A DNA stretch of 64,000 bases from Escherichia coli (GCF_044324875.1 NZ_CP172185.1), one strand, 5' to 3'. Positions 9,253 through 18,988 are shown, counted from the first letter of the stretch. The notes: generated by a model not told the origin, from the letters alone. A program made the numbers and translations.

Positions 9253-9830
9253 ACGCGGAGCTTATGCGCCTTATCAGCAACATTATCAGAACCGGCGTGA
9301 TTTTCGACGTGAACCCGCAGACCTGGGAGGTCCGGGTGCGCAGTGGCGGACTGGAGACAGGCTGGCTTCGCTGGAGCACCGCGCGGGCGGGCGCGTTCAG
9401 TGTCTGGGTGCCGCCAGCCACCGGTGAACAGGTGGCGTTCGTCTGTATCGGTGGTAATCCCGAAACCGCGATAATCATCGGCAGCCTCTGGAGCGATGAT
9501 ATCCCGGCACCGGGCAGCACACTGAAGGAAATCATCATGACAGCACCGGACGGTGCGGTATTCCGCTACGATGCAGACGCCGGTGCACTGGAGGTTAAGG
9601 GGATTAAAACAGCCAGCATTCAGGCCGACACGCGCATCACCCTGGACACGCCGGAGGTGGTGTGTACCCGCAAACTTATCACCGCCACCCTGGAGGTGCA
9701 GAACGGCGGCGAGATGCGCGGCAGCATATCCCACAGCGGCGGCAGCCTGACATCCAACGGTATCACCGTTCATACGCACACCCACGGTGGCGTCAGGACG
9801 GGCCCGGGCACCACGGGAGGCCCGCAATGA
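9249..9830 (+). CDS. V: Baseplate spike protein, P2 gpV-like
   Basis: 193-aa ORF, Gly-rich C-terminus; position and size as P2 V. Confidence 0.8.
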   Translation: MNAELMRLISNIIRTGVIFDVNPQTWEVRVRSGGLETGWLRWSTARAGAFSVWVPPATGEQVAFVCIGGNPETAIIIGSLWSDDIPAPGSTLKEIIMTAPDGAVFRYDADAGALEVKGIKTASIQADTRITLDTPEVVCTRKLITATLEVQNGGEMRGSISHSGGSLTSNGITVHTHTHGGVRTGPGTTGGPQ

Positions 9831-10177
9831 CCGCTGTTTACAGGGGGATGAACCCGCAGGGAACCGGCACGCTGAGCGACAGCGAACACCTGAAAAACAG
9901 CGTGCGGGATATCCTGACCACACCGCCAGGCAGCCGGGTGATGCGCCGCGAATACGGCAGCCTGTTACCGGACCTCATCGACGAGCCCATGAACGACACC
10001 ACGCGTTTACAGTGCATGAGCGCCACGGTGACTGCGCTGGCGCGCCATGAACCCCGTATAGCACTGCAGAACGTCGATGTGAACTGGCGGGCTGGCGGAC
10101 GCGCCGTGGTGACGTTATCCGGCATCATCACCGAAACCATGCAGAACATCACATTCAGTATCACCCTGAGGGAGTAA
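9827..10177 (+). CDS. W: Baseplate wedge protein (gp25/GPW family), P2 gpW-like
   Basis: Start set at ATG 9827 overlapping V stop (ATGA); MTAVYRGMNPQGTGTLSDSEHLKNSVRDILTTPPGSRVMRREYGS... typical GPW pattern. Confidence 0.8.
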   Translation: MTAVYRGMNPQGTGTLSDSEHLKNSVRDILTTPPGSRVMRREYGSLLPDLIDEPMNDTTRLQCMSATVTALARHEPRIALQNVDVNWRAGGRAVVTLSGIITETMQNITFSITLRE

Positions 10178-10180
10178 ATC

Positions 10181-11077
10181 ATGCCTTCCGTTGACCTGTC
10201 ACAGTTACCGGAACCGGCCATCATCGCGCAGCCGGATTTTGAGTCCATCCTGGCAGACATTAAAACCATGATGGTGAGCTCCTTCCCGGAAGAATACCGC
10301 GCCGCCGTCACCCGTGCCCTTACTCTGGAATCCGAGCCATTGAACATCATTTCCCAGGCCATGGCCTTTCGTGAAATGCTGCTTCGCCAGCGCATCAATG
10401 AAGCCGCCCGCGCCTGCATGCTCAGCCACAGCCGGGGCAGTGACCTGGACAATCTGGCCGCCAACAACAACACCCGCCGCCTGGTCATTCATCCGGCCAC
10501 TGATACCACGGAAGCAGTGATGGAAAGCGACACATCGCTGCGTCTGCGTGCCCAGTCAGCCTGGGACGGCCTGAGTGTGGCCGGACCGTCCGGCGCGTAT
10601 GAGTATTTTGCCCGGAGCGCAAGCGGTCTTGTCCGTGATGCGCGCGCCATCAGCCCGTCACCGGCCACAGTCACCGTCTCCATCCTGTCAGCAGACGGTG
10701 ACGGCACCGCCGGTGAGGCGTTACTGAACACGGTGCGCACCGCCCTGAATGCCGAGAACGTGCGCCCGGTTGCCGACCGCCTGACTGTGCAGAGTGCTAC
10801 CATCGTGAACTGGGTAATGGAAGCGAAGCTGTATTTTTATCCAGGGCCGGAGTCTGAACCCATGCTTGCGGCCGCTGACGCCGCTTTCCGTGCATGGCTG
10901 GCAGACCAGGGCCGTATCGGTCAGGACGTGGCCCTGTCAGCCATCACTGCAGCGCTGCATGTTCACGGTGTCCAGCGCGTTGAGGTCATAAAACCCACGC
11001 AGAACATCACCATCAGTGACACTCAGGCAGCCAGATGTACCACATTCAGCATCAGCGAAGGAGGACGCAATGAGTGA
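10181..11077 (+). CDS. J: Baseplate assembly protein, P2 gpJ-like
   Basis: 298-aa ORF following W; size and position. Confidence 0.8.
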   Translation: MPSVDLSQLPEPAIIAQPDFESILADIKTMMVSSFPEEYRAAVTRALTLESEPLNIISQAMAFREMLLRQRINEAARACMLSHSRGSDLDNLAANNNTRRLVIHPATDTTEAVMESDTSLRLRAQSAWDGLSVAGPSGAYEYFARSASGLVRDARAISPSPATVTVSILSADGDGTAGEALLNTVRTALNAENVRPVADRLTVQSATIVNWVMEAKLYFYPGPESEPMLAAADAAFRAWLADQGRIGQDVALSAITAALHVHGVQRVEVIKPTQNITISDTQAARCTTFSISEGGRNE

Positions 11078-11798
11078 CAGGAAAAAAACAGACAGCGCAC
11101 AGCACAGTACATCACTGCTTCCACCGTCCGCAGGGCCATTCATGCGCGCCACAGAGGCGACAGGAGTACGCATCAGTGCCATACCGGTGGACGCCGACAC
11201 CCTGTGGTCGCCGGACCGCTGCCCTGCTCACCTCCTGCCCTACCTTGCATGGGCATGTTCCGTTGACCGCTGGGACCGCAACTGGCCGGAAGAGACCAGA
11301 CGACAGGTGATTGGCCAGTCCTGGAAGGTACACCGCCAGAAAGGAACGGTCAGCGCACTGAGGGAAACAGCCGCAGCATTCGGTTATGAGATGACCATCA
11401 GTGAATGGTGGGAGCATGGAGGGCAGCCGGGCACCTTTACTGTGACCATCGGGGCAGACACTCAGGGCATCGGCCCTGAAACATGGCTGGAGATGGAGGA
11501 TCTGCTCAATGATGCACGTCCGGTTTCACGTCATATGACGGGGCTTTATGCCGCCCTGCGTTCTGGCGTGACGGTTTACTGCGCTGCGGGAGCAGGCTGT
11601 GATGAGCTTGTAACCATTCACCAGAAAGCTCGCGCCTCCCTGGCGGGCCAGGTGACCATCATCGCAGCAGGAGACACACACACAACCGACAGTGTGACCG
11701 TACTGCCGGGGGTTCCGTCAGGTATGTACGGGGAGATCTGTATCCGTACCGGCGCAGGTATATTCGTGAGTGAGATTGTGGAGGTTATCACCTTATGA
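11070..11798 (+). CDS. I: Tail/baseplate protein, P2 gpI-like
   Basis: Start set at ATG 11070 (MSDRKK...) overlapping J 3' end; directly precedes tail fibre gene. Confidence 0.7.
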   Translation: MSDRKKTDSAQHSTSLLPPSAGPFMRATEATGVRISAIPVDADTLWSPDRCPAHLLPYLAWACSVDRWDRNWPEETRRQVIGQSWKVHRQKGTVSALRETAAAFGYEMTISEWWEHGGQPGTFTVTIGADTQGIGPETWLEMEDLLNDARPVSRHMTGLYAALRSGVTVYCAAGAGCDELVTIHQKARASLAGQVTIIAAGDTHTTDSVTVLPGVPSGMYGEICIRTGAGIFVSEIVEVITL

Positions 11799-12910
11799 AC
11801 ACCGATTTTTATTCCGTTCTGACGGATGCCGGGCTGAAAAAACTGGCGGCAGCCGCAGCATCAGGGAATCAGATGAAAATCACCCATATGGCTGTAGGCG
11901 ACGGAAACGGAAAAGCCGTAACACCCGGCAGGGCCGACACCAGGCTTGTCAGGGAAAAATACCGTGCGCCACTGAACAGTCTGGAAGAAGACACAGAGAG
12001 ACCGGGGCATGTTATCGCAGAAATGGTGATACCTGAAAAACAGGGAGGGTGGTGGATCAGAGAATTCGGATTATTCGACGAAGACGGCGGAATGATTGTT
12101 ACAGGCAAATTTCCTGACACATGGAAGCCTGCACCTGGTCAGGGTGGAGCACGACTGATATCAGTGAAAGTGGTTGTGGCAGTATCACATACAGAAAACA
12201 TTGTGCTGAAAGTGGATCCTTCTGTTGTCATGGCAACCCGGGAATGGGTGAACACAAAAGCAGAGCAGTTAAAGAAAGAGCTCAGACAACCTGATGCAAC
12301 CACCAAAACAAAAGGCATTGTTCAGCTTAGCAGTGACATCAACAGCACCTCTGAAACGCAGGCTGCCACCCCCGGAGCGGTAAAAGCCGTGAATGATCGT
12401 GTGGACGGAAAACAGGACGCGGATCCCACGCTCACATCTCTGTCCGGGAAAAATGCACAGCAACTGAGGCAGCTTCTGGGGCTGGGCACGCTTGCCACCC
12501 TGAACAGGGGCACCGGTTCAGGGAATGTGCCGGACATGAGTCACTTTGCGAGTAAAAAAGCAGACTACGGTTACCAGTGTTTTCCTGGCGGCATAATGAT
12601 CCAGTGGCTGCGGATCCCCTCAGACCACACAGGAAGAGCTGTCAGTCAGGAAGCCCGGGTGGCACTAAGCGGCGTGCGACTGTTTTCAGTGGAGGGTAAC
12701 TGGAACGGTAATAACATGATTAAGACCCTGGCAAACTACCAGTGGCCGAGAGTTTTCGGGGCAATTTATGCGACCGTTGCAACCAGGAATCACGGATCTG
12801 CATGGCGAGTATATCCGGTGTCCGCGAACAAGGATGTGCGTGTCGTATCCATTGCCTGGGCGGGAGAAGGTACAGATGACACTTATGTGGTTGGGGTGGG
12901 AAGAGTATGA
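11795..12910 (+). CDS. H: Tail fibre protein, P2 gpH-like N-terminus with short divergent C-terminal domain
   Basis: N-terminus ...LKKLAAAAASGNQMKITHMAVGDGNG... and internal QLSSDINSTSETQAATPGAVKAVND match the recalled conserved P2 H regions; only 371 aa. Confidence 0.75.
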   Translation: MNTDFYSVLTDAGLKKLAAAAASGNQMKITHMAVGDGNGKAVTPGRADTRLVREKYRAPLNSLEEDTERPGHVIAEMVIPEKQGGWWIREFGLFDEDGGMIVTGKFPDTWKPAPGQGGARLISVKVVVAVSHTENIVLKVDPSVVMATREWVNTKAEQLKKELRQPDATTKTKGIVQLSSDINSTSETQAATPGAVKAVNDRVDGKQDADPTLTSLSGKNAQQLRQLLGLGTLATLNRGTGSGNVPDMSHFASKKADYGYQCFPGGIMIQWLRIPSDHTGRAVSQEARVALSGVRLFSVEGNWNGNNMIKTLANYQWPRVFGAIYATVATRNHGSAWRVYPVSANKDVRVVSIAWAGEGTDDTYVVGVGRV

Positions 12911-13353
12911 AAATGATGTGGTCGCCGTCTGTGGGCGGTTTTTTTGGTGAAGACAGCAGCCATATACCGGAAGATGCGGTGGAGGTTGATGAATCGATGT
13001 GGAGCAGGATGATGGAGGGACAACTTGAGGGAAAAATTATCGTTAACGGCCCTGACGACCTGCCTGTTCTGGAAGAGCGTCCGGGACCGGGGCCAGAAGA
13101 ATACCGGCATCAGGCTCGCCTTGAGCTTGCTGACCTTCGCCGACAGGGGCTGGAACACATAGAGTCGATGCGCTGGCGTGACAAAGCGGTCATGAACAGG
13201 CTGGGAGAAGAGGAGAAGCAGGAGTATAACGCCTGGCTTGACTGGCTCGACGCGCTTGACAGTACGGACATATCAGGGGCACCGGATGTGGTGTGGCCGG
13301 TGATGCCCGTCACGGTGGTTCCTGAACATCCTCAGAAAAAATTGCCGGAGTGA
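12907..13353 (+). CDS. G: Tail fibre assembly chaperone, P2 gpG-like
   Basis: 148-aa ORF overlapping H stop (ATGA); position after tail fibre gene. Confidence 0.65.
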   Translation: MKMMWSPSVGGFFGEDSSHIPEDAVEVDESMWSRMMEGQLEGKIIVNGPDDLPVLEERPGPGPEEYRHQARLELADLRRQGLEHIESMRWRDKAVMNRLGEEEKQEYNAWLDWLDALDSTDISGAPDVVWPVMPVTVVPEHPQKKLPE

Positions 13354-13360
13354 ACAGCCT

Positions 13361-13386
13361 CCGGCCTGAGACTGCACTCAGGCCGG
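13361..13386. terminator. GC-rich hairpin between convergent G and U genes (candidate terminator, weak U-tract)
   Basis: Perfect 10-bp inverted repeat ccggcctgag/ctcaggccgg with 6-nt loop; followed by aaattctgtt on plus strand. Confidence 0.4.
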
Positions 13387-13394
13387 AAATTCTG

Positions 13395-13841
13395 TTATCT
13401 GCCAGCATTGCGGATGATACCCGAAAGCATATCAGACACCGACGGCATCATTCGCTCCCGCAAATCCTCATCACAGCGTTCCATACTGACAGTGAACTCA
13501 ATTTTTTTGGCCTTACCGTGGCGGTCAAGTTCGCTTCGCGTTGTGCGGACAGCCGTTATCACATACATGCCGTATATCTGCCCCACACCGTCAATCAGCG
13601 GCCATGGGCGGCCAGTGTAAGCCTGCGTCGTTAAAAGGCTGAGGGAAACCTCACCGCCGGTAATTTCGGGATAAAGCACACCGGACAACGTGATCTGGTC
13701 GTCACCCGCCCCGATATACTGCCAGCTGGCCGAACGATTGATGCGTTCATTTTTAACGTGGCGCCAGGTTTTATTATGTTGCAGTTGTTGATGAGGCAGC
13801 GTACGCAACTCAAAAACAAACATGCCGTAAATCATCATCAT
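13395..13841 (-). CDS. U: Tail protein, P2 gpU-like
   Basis: 148-aa ORF downstream of tape measure on minus strand. Confidence 0.75.
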   Translation of the reverse strand: MMMIYGMFVFELRTLPHQQLQHNKTWRHVKNERINRSASWQYIGAGDDQITLSGVLYPEITGGEVSLSLLTTQAYTGRPWPLIDGVGQIYGMYVITAVRTTRSELDRHGKAKKIEFTVSMERCDEDLRERMMPSVSDMLSGIIRNAGR

Positions 13842-13852
13842 GCGAGGTACTC

Positions 13853-16800
13853 CTAATCTCTGTCACGGAAACTACCGACTGTCTGGCGGATACGGCGTTC
13901 CATTTCCGCACGGACGGCATCACCCACCATTTTTGCCAGTTCGCGCGGGTTTTGCGTGTGAACATCATGCAGGTGAATATGCAGTTCGCCAGTTAATCCC
14001 CATGGTGCCGGATCACTCTGACGCGGTCGGGGCGATGCGGGGGATATGGGCTGGCGCACAGCCTCAACCACCGGACGGGATGTTGCCGTTACGACGGGTG
14101 TCATTACCGGCGCAATATTGCCGGACACTACCGGTTTAATTACCGGGGAGAGCGTCGGTATAACATCGCCAGCCATAACCGGTTTGATCGCTGGCGAAAT
14201 AACCGGAGCAACAGACTCAGCCATGACGGAACTGACAGGCTGAGGCGCTCTCACTATGCCAGCATCGATAACCAGCATGAGCTCGCGTACTGCCTCAAGG
14301 ACAGGACGGGATATTGCCGCCATCACTGGTGTCATTAGCGGGGAGAACGTCGGCATGACATCGTGAGTCATAACCGGTTTGATCACCGGCGAAACCACCG
14401 GCGTAATATTACCGGACAGTACCGGACGGACGACCGGAGGAATAACCGGCACATTATTCACGGACACCACCGGCTTCACGACCGGCGACACGTTCGCCGT
14501 GGTGGATATCAGCGGCGAAACACTGACAGGCGGTGGCGCTGGCAGCGGTGGCAACGAAGGCACACTGACCGACGGCACCTGCGGCAGTCTGACAGGTGGC
14601 TCACTGACACTACCCGGTAACAGGGAAGCTGCGCGGTTAAAGCGTTCCTCCTTCCACTCACCACGAACGGCCAGCGCTTCCGGCAGGTTTTTAAAGATAA
14701 TATCGCCGGGACCAGTGCGTTTTTTCGCCTGTTTCGCCTCATCCAGCAGGCCACCGGTGTTATCGACGATTTTATTCAGGCGACGCATGGTGCCGGTATT
14801 CTCCCCCGTCAGCGGAGCAGTTGCTGCAGGTGCAGGTACTGGCGGCTTTTTGTCTTTGTCATTTTGCGGCGGATTAATGACATTAACATCCGCCAGGAGC
14901 ATGGCGGCTTTCTCGTTCAGCAGCTCCTTCTGCTTCAGCTCTTCCGCCTTTTTCCGGGCGCGCTCAACCGCCGACGGAATCAGCCCGAGTTTTTCCAGCA
15001 CCCGGGTTAATGAGTCAATCAGCAGCGTAACCGGACCGGTCACCAGATTGCTGATAAACTCCCCGACCTTCTGCCCGAACGTCCGCCCGGCTTCCGTGCA
15101 CTTGTCCAGCTCATCCTTTGTTGTGCTTACCGGCGCGAACAAATCCACGAACCACTGCCACACACGCCCGATTGTCTGCCCGACATACTCAAACAATGGT
15201 CCCAGTGGTGCCACAGCCTCGCGCAGTGGCGTAAGCCCCTGCCACAGGCCGGACAAGAACCCGCCCACGACAGCCTTCAGCTGGTCCCAGTGCCGCCAGA
15301 TAAGCACTGCCGCACCGACCAGTGTCGCCACCACAAGGCCCACCGGACTTAACAGAAAACCCAGCGCCCCGCCAAGTGCGCCCACCGCACCACTCACCAT
15401 CCCCCACAGTGCGGGCAGACCTGACAGTCTGAGCGCCAGTATTCCGATACCGCGCCCCAGTGAAATCAGTGCGCCGCCAGGTGAAGTGAACGCAGCCAGC
15501 AGACCACCACGCAGCGCGCCAAGTCCCGCCTGCACACCACGAAGCCGCCCCGCAACTACGCCCAGCAGTGCAGCAAACCGTCCGGCACCGGAGGTGATAC
15601 CGACAAACAGCACGCGCCAGCCACCGATACCGCCCAGCGGACCACCGAGTACGCCGCGCAGCTGCGTCAGTAACGGCAGCGCACGACCGAGGCCGGATGT
15701 GCCGGTCAGCAGGGCAAACCCAAGACGCAGTTTTGCCAGCGGCCCCATCAACACACCAGTGGCAAGTGACAGCGCCCCCATGGCCGCAACCGCAGCCAGC
15801 AGTGCACCACCGGCAATCAGCAGTTGTTTTGTCAGTTCAGGGTGCGCCTGGGCCAGCGCGGTGACTTTCGCAATAACCCGGGTGAACGACTGCGTGACAG
15901 AACGCAGCGGCCCGTCAACGAGGTCAGCGACACGGATACGCAGCCCTTCCCATGCGCTGTTCAGTGATTTCAGGTCGCCGTCCAGGTTGTCCGCCATGAT
16001 TCTGGCGTTTTCTTCCAGTTCGCCGTTCGCTGCCTGAATCTCACGCGTCAGGCGCGGCAGGTTTTTTTCGCCTGCCTGTTCAACCAGGCTCATCAGGGAG
16101 ACATACGCCTCCTGCCCGGCAATATCTGAAAAGAACGAGACTTTTGCCGCGTTACCGTATTTACGGGTGGCCTGATACAGCTCATACAGGATATCTTCCA
16201 TCGGGCGCATGTTCCCGTAAGCATCCTGCGTTTCCACGCCCAGCTGTTTCAGCGCCTTTGCTGCCGCTTTAGGCGGGTTCACAAGGCGGGACAGACTGGA
16301 GCGCAGCGCCGTACCAGCATCACTGCCACGTATCCCCATCGACCCAAGCAACCCGGTCATGGCTGCGGTCTGTTCAAGAGACAGACCGAGTGAGGCGGCG
16401 ACCGGTCCCGTATATTTCATCGTCTCACCAAGCCCGCGCAGGTCGGTATTGGTGCGGGTGAACGTTGCGGCCAGCGTGTCACCCACGCGGTTCATCTGGT
16501 CGGCAGACAACCCGAACTGCGTAAGGATATTTGAGCTGATATCGGCCGTCTGACCGAGGTCCATGCCGCTGGCCGTTGCCAGATTCAGCACGCCGGGAAG
16601 AGCCGCCTGTATCGCCTGCGGCGTGAACCCCGCCATGGCAAGGAACGCCTGACCGCTGGCAGCATCACCTGCGGTAAACTGCGTTTCGGAGCCGAGTTTA
16701 AGCGCCTGTTCGCGCAGCGCCTTAAACTGCGGACTGTTTTTGTCAATACGGGTCAGCGCCTGGACGCGCGACATCTCCTTACCAAAACTGACCGCCGGTT

Positions 16801-17431
16801 GCAGGAAACGCCCGGCCGCATAGCCACCTGCCGCTGCCGTGCCGACTGCCGTAAATCCACCCGCTTTCAGTTTTCCCGCCATCTCCTGAGCGCGGAAATA
16901 TTGCTGGCGTGCCTGCGTGACGCGTGCCAGAGTCTGCCGTTCACGTTCCAGCTGTTCGTTGTATTGCTGTGTTCGCCGTATGGCCTGTTGAATGGTGTTG
17001 TCACTGCCGGAAAGCGCAATACCGTGACGCCGCAGCTCACCACCCAGTTCGCGCATTCGCTGAACTTCACGCGCACGGACCTCATTGAGACGCTCAAGTT
17101 TGAGGCTCAAATCGTTCATCAGCTTTTTCTGTTTGTCAGACAGCACGGTTCCGGCGCGCTGAATTTGCTGAAGTGCGCTTAACTGGCGTTGTGCCCGGGC
17201 AATGCCGTTTCCGGCCTTGTTTGCAGCCTCGCGGGCGCGATCAAATGAACGGGCGTGGCGTTCCAGGTTTTTGATCGCACCCTGCGTTCTCTGTATGGAG
17301 TCGCCAAGCTGGCCCATCATGCGACGGGCGTTTTCGGTGGGACGGGTCAGCCTGTCAACAGCGCTGAAGGCGACCCGTATATCAAGCGTTTTCATGCTCT
17401 GCGTTCCCGCTGCGAAGGGCCGCCCGCTCAC
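13853..17431 (-). CDS. T: Tail tape measure protein, P2 gpT-like (1192 aa)
   Basis: Very long ORF; coiled-coil N-terminal part, Gly/Ala-rich hydrophobic central segment, Pro/Val-rich repetitive C-terminus; follows E/E' as in P2. Track start is GTG 17431 with SD GAGGTGG; alternative ATG at 17395. Confidence 0.85.
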   Translation of the reverse strand: MSGRPFAAGTQSMKTLDIRVAFSAVDRLTRPTENARRMMGQLGDSIQRTQGAIKNLERHARSFDRAREAANKAGNGIARAQRQLSALQQIQRAGTVLSDKQKKLMNDLSLKLERLNEVRAREVQRMRELGGELRRHGIALSGSDNTIQQAIRRTQQYNEQLERERQTLARVTQARQQYFRAQEMAGKLKAGGFTAVGTAAAGGYAAGRFLQPAVSFGKEMSRVQALTRIDKNSPQFKALREQALKLGSETQFTAGDAASGQAFLAMAGFTPQAIQAALPGVLNLATASGMDLGQTADISSNILTQFGLSADQMNRVGDTLAATFTRTNTDLRGLGETMKYTGPVAASLGLSLEQTAAMTGLLGSMGIRGSDAGTALRSSLSRLVNPPKAAAKALKQLGVETQDAYGNMRPMEDILYELYQATRKYGNAAKVSFFSDIAGQEAYVSLMSLVEQAGEKNLPRLTREIQAANGELEENARIMADNLDGDLKSLNSAWEGLRIRVADLVDGPLRSVTQSFTRVIAKVTALAQAHPELTKQLLIAGGALLAAVAAMGALSLATGVLMGPLAKLRLGFALLTGTSGLGRALPLLTQLRGVLGGPLGGIGGWRVLFVGITSGAGRFAALLGVVAGRLRGVQAGLGALRGGLLAAFTSPGGALISLGRGIGILALRLSGLPALWGMVSGAVGALGGALGFLLSPVGLVVATLVGAAVLIWRHWDQLKAVVGGFLSGLWQGLTPLREAVAPLGPLFEYVGQTIGRVWQWFVDLFAPVSTTKDELDKCTEAGRTFGQKVGEFISNLVTGPVTLLIDSLTRVLEKLGLIPSAVERARKKAEELKQKELLNEKAAMLLADVNVINPPQNDKDKKPPVPAPAATAPLTGENTGTMRRLNKIVDNTGGLLDEAKQAKKRTGPGDIIFKNLPEALAVRGEWKEERFNRAASLLPGSVSEPPVRLPQVPSVSVPSLPPLPAPPPVSVSPLISTTANVSPVVKPVVSVNNVPVIPPVVRPVLSGNITPVVSPVIKPVMTHDVMPTFSPLMTPVMAAISRPVLEAVRELMLVIDAGIVRAPQPVSSVMAESVAPVISPAIKPVMAGDVIPTLSPVIKPVVSGNIAPVMTPVVTATSRPVVEAVRQPISPASPRPRQSDPAPWGLTGELHIHLHDVHTQNPRELAKMVGDAVRAEMERRIRQTVGSFRDRD
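14060..14500. repeat. Imperfect tandem duplication (~230-bp unit) inside the 3' part of the tape measure gene
   Basis: gcctcaaccaccggacgggatgttgccg...gtgtcattaccgg (14061-) vs gcctcaaggacaggacgggatattgccg...gtgtcattagcgg (14292-); encodes repeated ...PVIKPVM..DV.PT.SP...SRPV.EAVR... units. Confidence 0.6.
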
Positions 17432-17908
17432 GCCAGGCGACCACCTCGCCGGGATCCATCAGGAAGATTTCAGCGGGAGACCAGTTGAAAATAACGGCGA
17501 TATCCGCCACAAAGTCTTCAATATGCTCAAAGGGCACGACGGTTATCAGCCTGCCGTCGCCGCCACGCTCTTCCCGCCAGAGTCCTGACCGGCCAAAAAA
17601 TTAACCGCCACCCCGCACAGCTGAATAAAATCAGCGGACCCCATGCGCTTAAGCAGAACCTCGTCCAGTCGCGGCGAAGTGACGCGCGGGAGTAACTCAA
17701 ACATCGCGTCCGTTTTCATGTTCAGCACGTCAAGCAGTGACAGCCCGCGCAGTGAACCGGCCTGCTGTACAGCAGGCGTGATTTCCACATACGTGATTTT
17801 TTTGTTACCGAGCACAAGGGGCGTTTTCAGCGTCACGCCGCGCTCACTGGTCACGTCCGCCGCATCAGCACCGTCAGTAACAGGGGCAACAACCGGATTT
17901 TCTTTCAT
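17382..17908 (-). CDS. E+E' fusion product from programmed -1 ribosomal frameshift (predicted ~175 aa)
   Basis: After slipping on T TTT TTG the -1 frame stays open for 70 codons (GRSGLWREERGGDGRLITVVPFEHIEDFVADIAVIFNWSPAEIFLMDPGEVVAWRERAALRSGNAEHENA) to TGA at 17382-17384, overlapping the start of T; triplet-by-triplet manual translation. Confidence 0.6.
17546..17908 (-). CDS. E: Tail assembly chaperone, P2 gpE-like (zero-frame product)
   Basis: 120-aa ORF ending ...VNFLAGQDSGGKSVAATAG; the NFL codons are AAT TTT TTG (slippery site). Confidence 0.75.
   Translation of the reverse strand: MKENPVVAPVTDGADAADVTSERGVTLKTPLVLGNKKITYVEITPAVQQAGSLRGLSLLDVLNMKTDAMFELLPRVTSPRLDEVLLKRMGSADFIQLCGVAVNFLAGQDSGGKSVAATAG
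17594..17602 (-). other. Slippery heptanucleotide T TTT TTG (codons AAT TTT TTG) for the E/E' -1 frameshift
   Basis: Plus strand ccaaaaaatt at 17593-17602; reverse complement AATTTTTTGG in the E reading frame. Confidence 0.65.
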
Positions 17909-17958
17909 GCATAAAACCTCAAATCAGGGGGCGACGCCGCGCGCCGCCGTGGAAAACA

Positions 17959-18477
17959 TTAACCACCAAGACCAATCGCCGAGCGCACGCGGTCCGGGAA
18001 GACGCTTTTGCCGTCCTTGCGTTCGATGTGGTTCAGTAAATCAATCTCCAGCACCGGACGGTCGTTAATGCTGAGTTTGTAGTAGGTACTTTTGACCGCA
18101 TAGGTGTGAGACGTGACCTCACCCTGTTTGGCCTCCCCGGTATCAATTTCCGTCACGCGACCGCGAAGCTCAATCTCGTACAGGTCACTCTGTTCTTCAT
18201 CGTTGTAGTACTCACCGACAAAGCGCAGCAGCGTACCGTCAATCGTTCCGCCGTACTTGAGGAACAGTTCGCGGGTCGGCCCGCCCATGGTGAAACTCGC
18301 ATCCAGCGCGCCGTCATCCAGGCCAAGGTCGATATTTACTGCACCGGCCATACCACCACCGCGATAGGCTTCCGTTTTACGGGTCAGTTTGGGGGGCGTG
18401 AAGCCGGTCACCCTGCCAATCTGGTTCACCCCGTCAGTAAACAGCGTGAACACCCTGAGATTTTTTGGTACGGCCAT
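17959..18477 (-). CDS. FII: Tail tube protein, P2 gpFII-like
   Basis: 172-aa ORF downstream of sheath gene; size and context. Confidence 0.85.
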   Translation of the reverse strand: MAVPKNLRVFTLFTDGVNQIGRVTGFTPPKLTRKTEAYRGGGMAGAVNIDLGLDDGALDASFTMGGPTRELFLKYGGTIDGTLLRFVGEYYNDEEQSDLYEIELRGRVTEIDTGEAKQGEVTSHTYAVKSTYYKLSINDRPVLEIDLLNHIERKDGKSVFPDRVRSAIGLGG

Positions 18478-18779
18478 TAAGCACCTCCAAGCGTCGCAAA
18501 TGCAGGACCAAAGAATTCATCAGTAAACGTCTGGTAAAGTTCCATATCCTCAAGCGGCGGAACGGGCGTGTACTTGTAGCGGATACGCACGCGTCCCTGA
18601 CGAAGTTCCGTGGTGCTGTTATCCACCACGTCATACCAGCACTCCGCACCAACGAGACGTCCTGACGTAACCAGCGCATCCAGTTTTGCGCGAATTGCGC
18701 TTAACACGTCTTTCACATTAGCAGGGGTCAGCGGGGCATCAATCGTTTCAAACTGCGCTTCCGCAACAGAATCAGCCAG

Positions 18780-18786
18780 CACCTGA
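18780..18786. repeat. Target-site duplication CACCTGA (left copy) of the IS21-family element
   Basis: Identical 7-mer at 21426-21432; reconstructed FI reading frame needs exactly one copy. Confidence 0.7.
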
Positions 18787-18988
18787 TGCAAAATGGCATC
18801 TGAATCGATCGCAGTTTGGCATTCGAATCGATCATGATTTGGCATCCATCTCCGATCACAGTTTGGCATCACAATCGATCACGATTTGGCATGCTTCCGA
18901 TCATTGATTGGCATCCTGCCAGTCACTCCGGGAATTAACTCTTTTCACCACAGTCTCCATTGCCGTGTTTAAACCAGTGGAGACGTCA

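Noticed and set aside
14379-16037. 552-aa plus-strand ORF
   Set aside because: Lies antisense inside the well-supported tape measure gene; low-complexity S/P/T/R-rich translation with no start-site support; typical antisense artefact in a GC-rich repetitive gene
18780-18900. Short direct repeats (tttggcat...cgatc, five copies) that could be mistaken for a mini CRISPR array or iterons
   Set aside because: Irregular spacing, no spacer-like unique segments, and the inverted motif recurs at the other end of the istA/istB element; interpreted as IS21-type multiple terminal repeats
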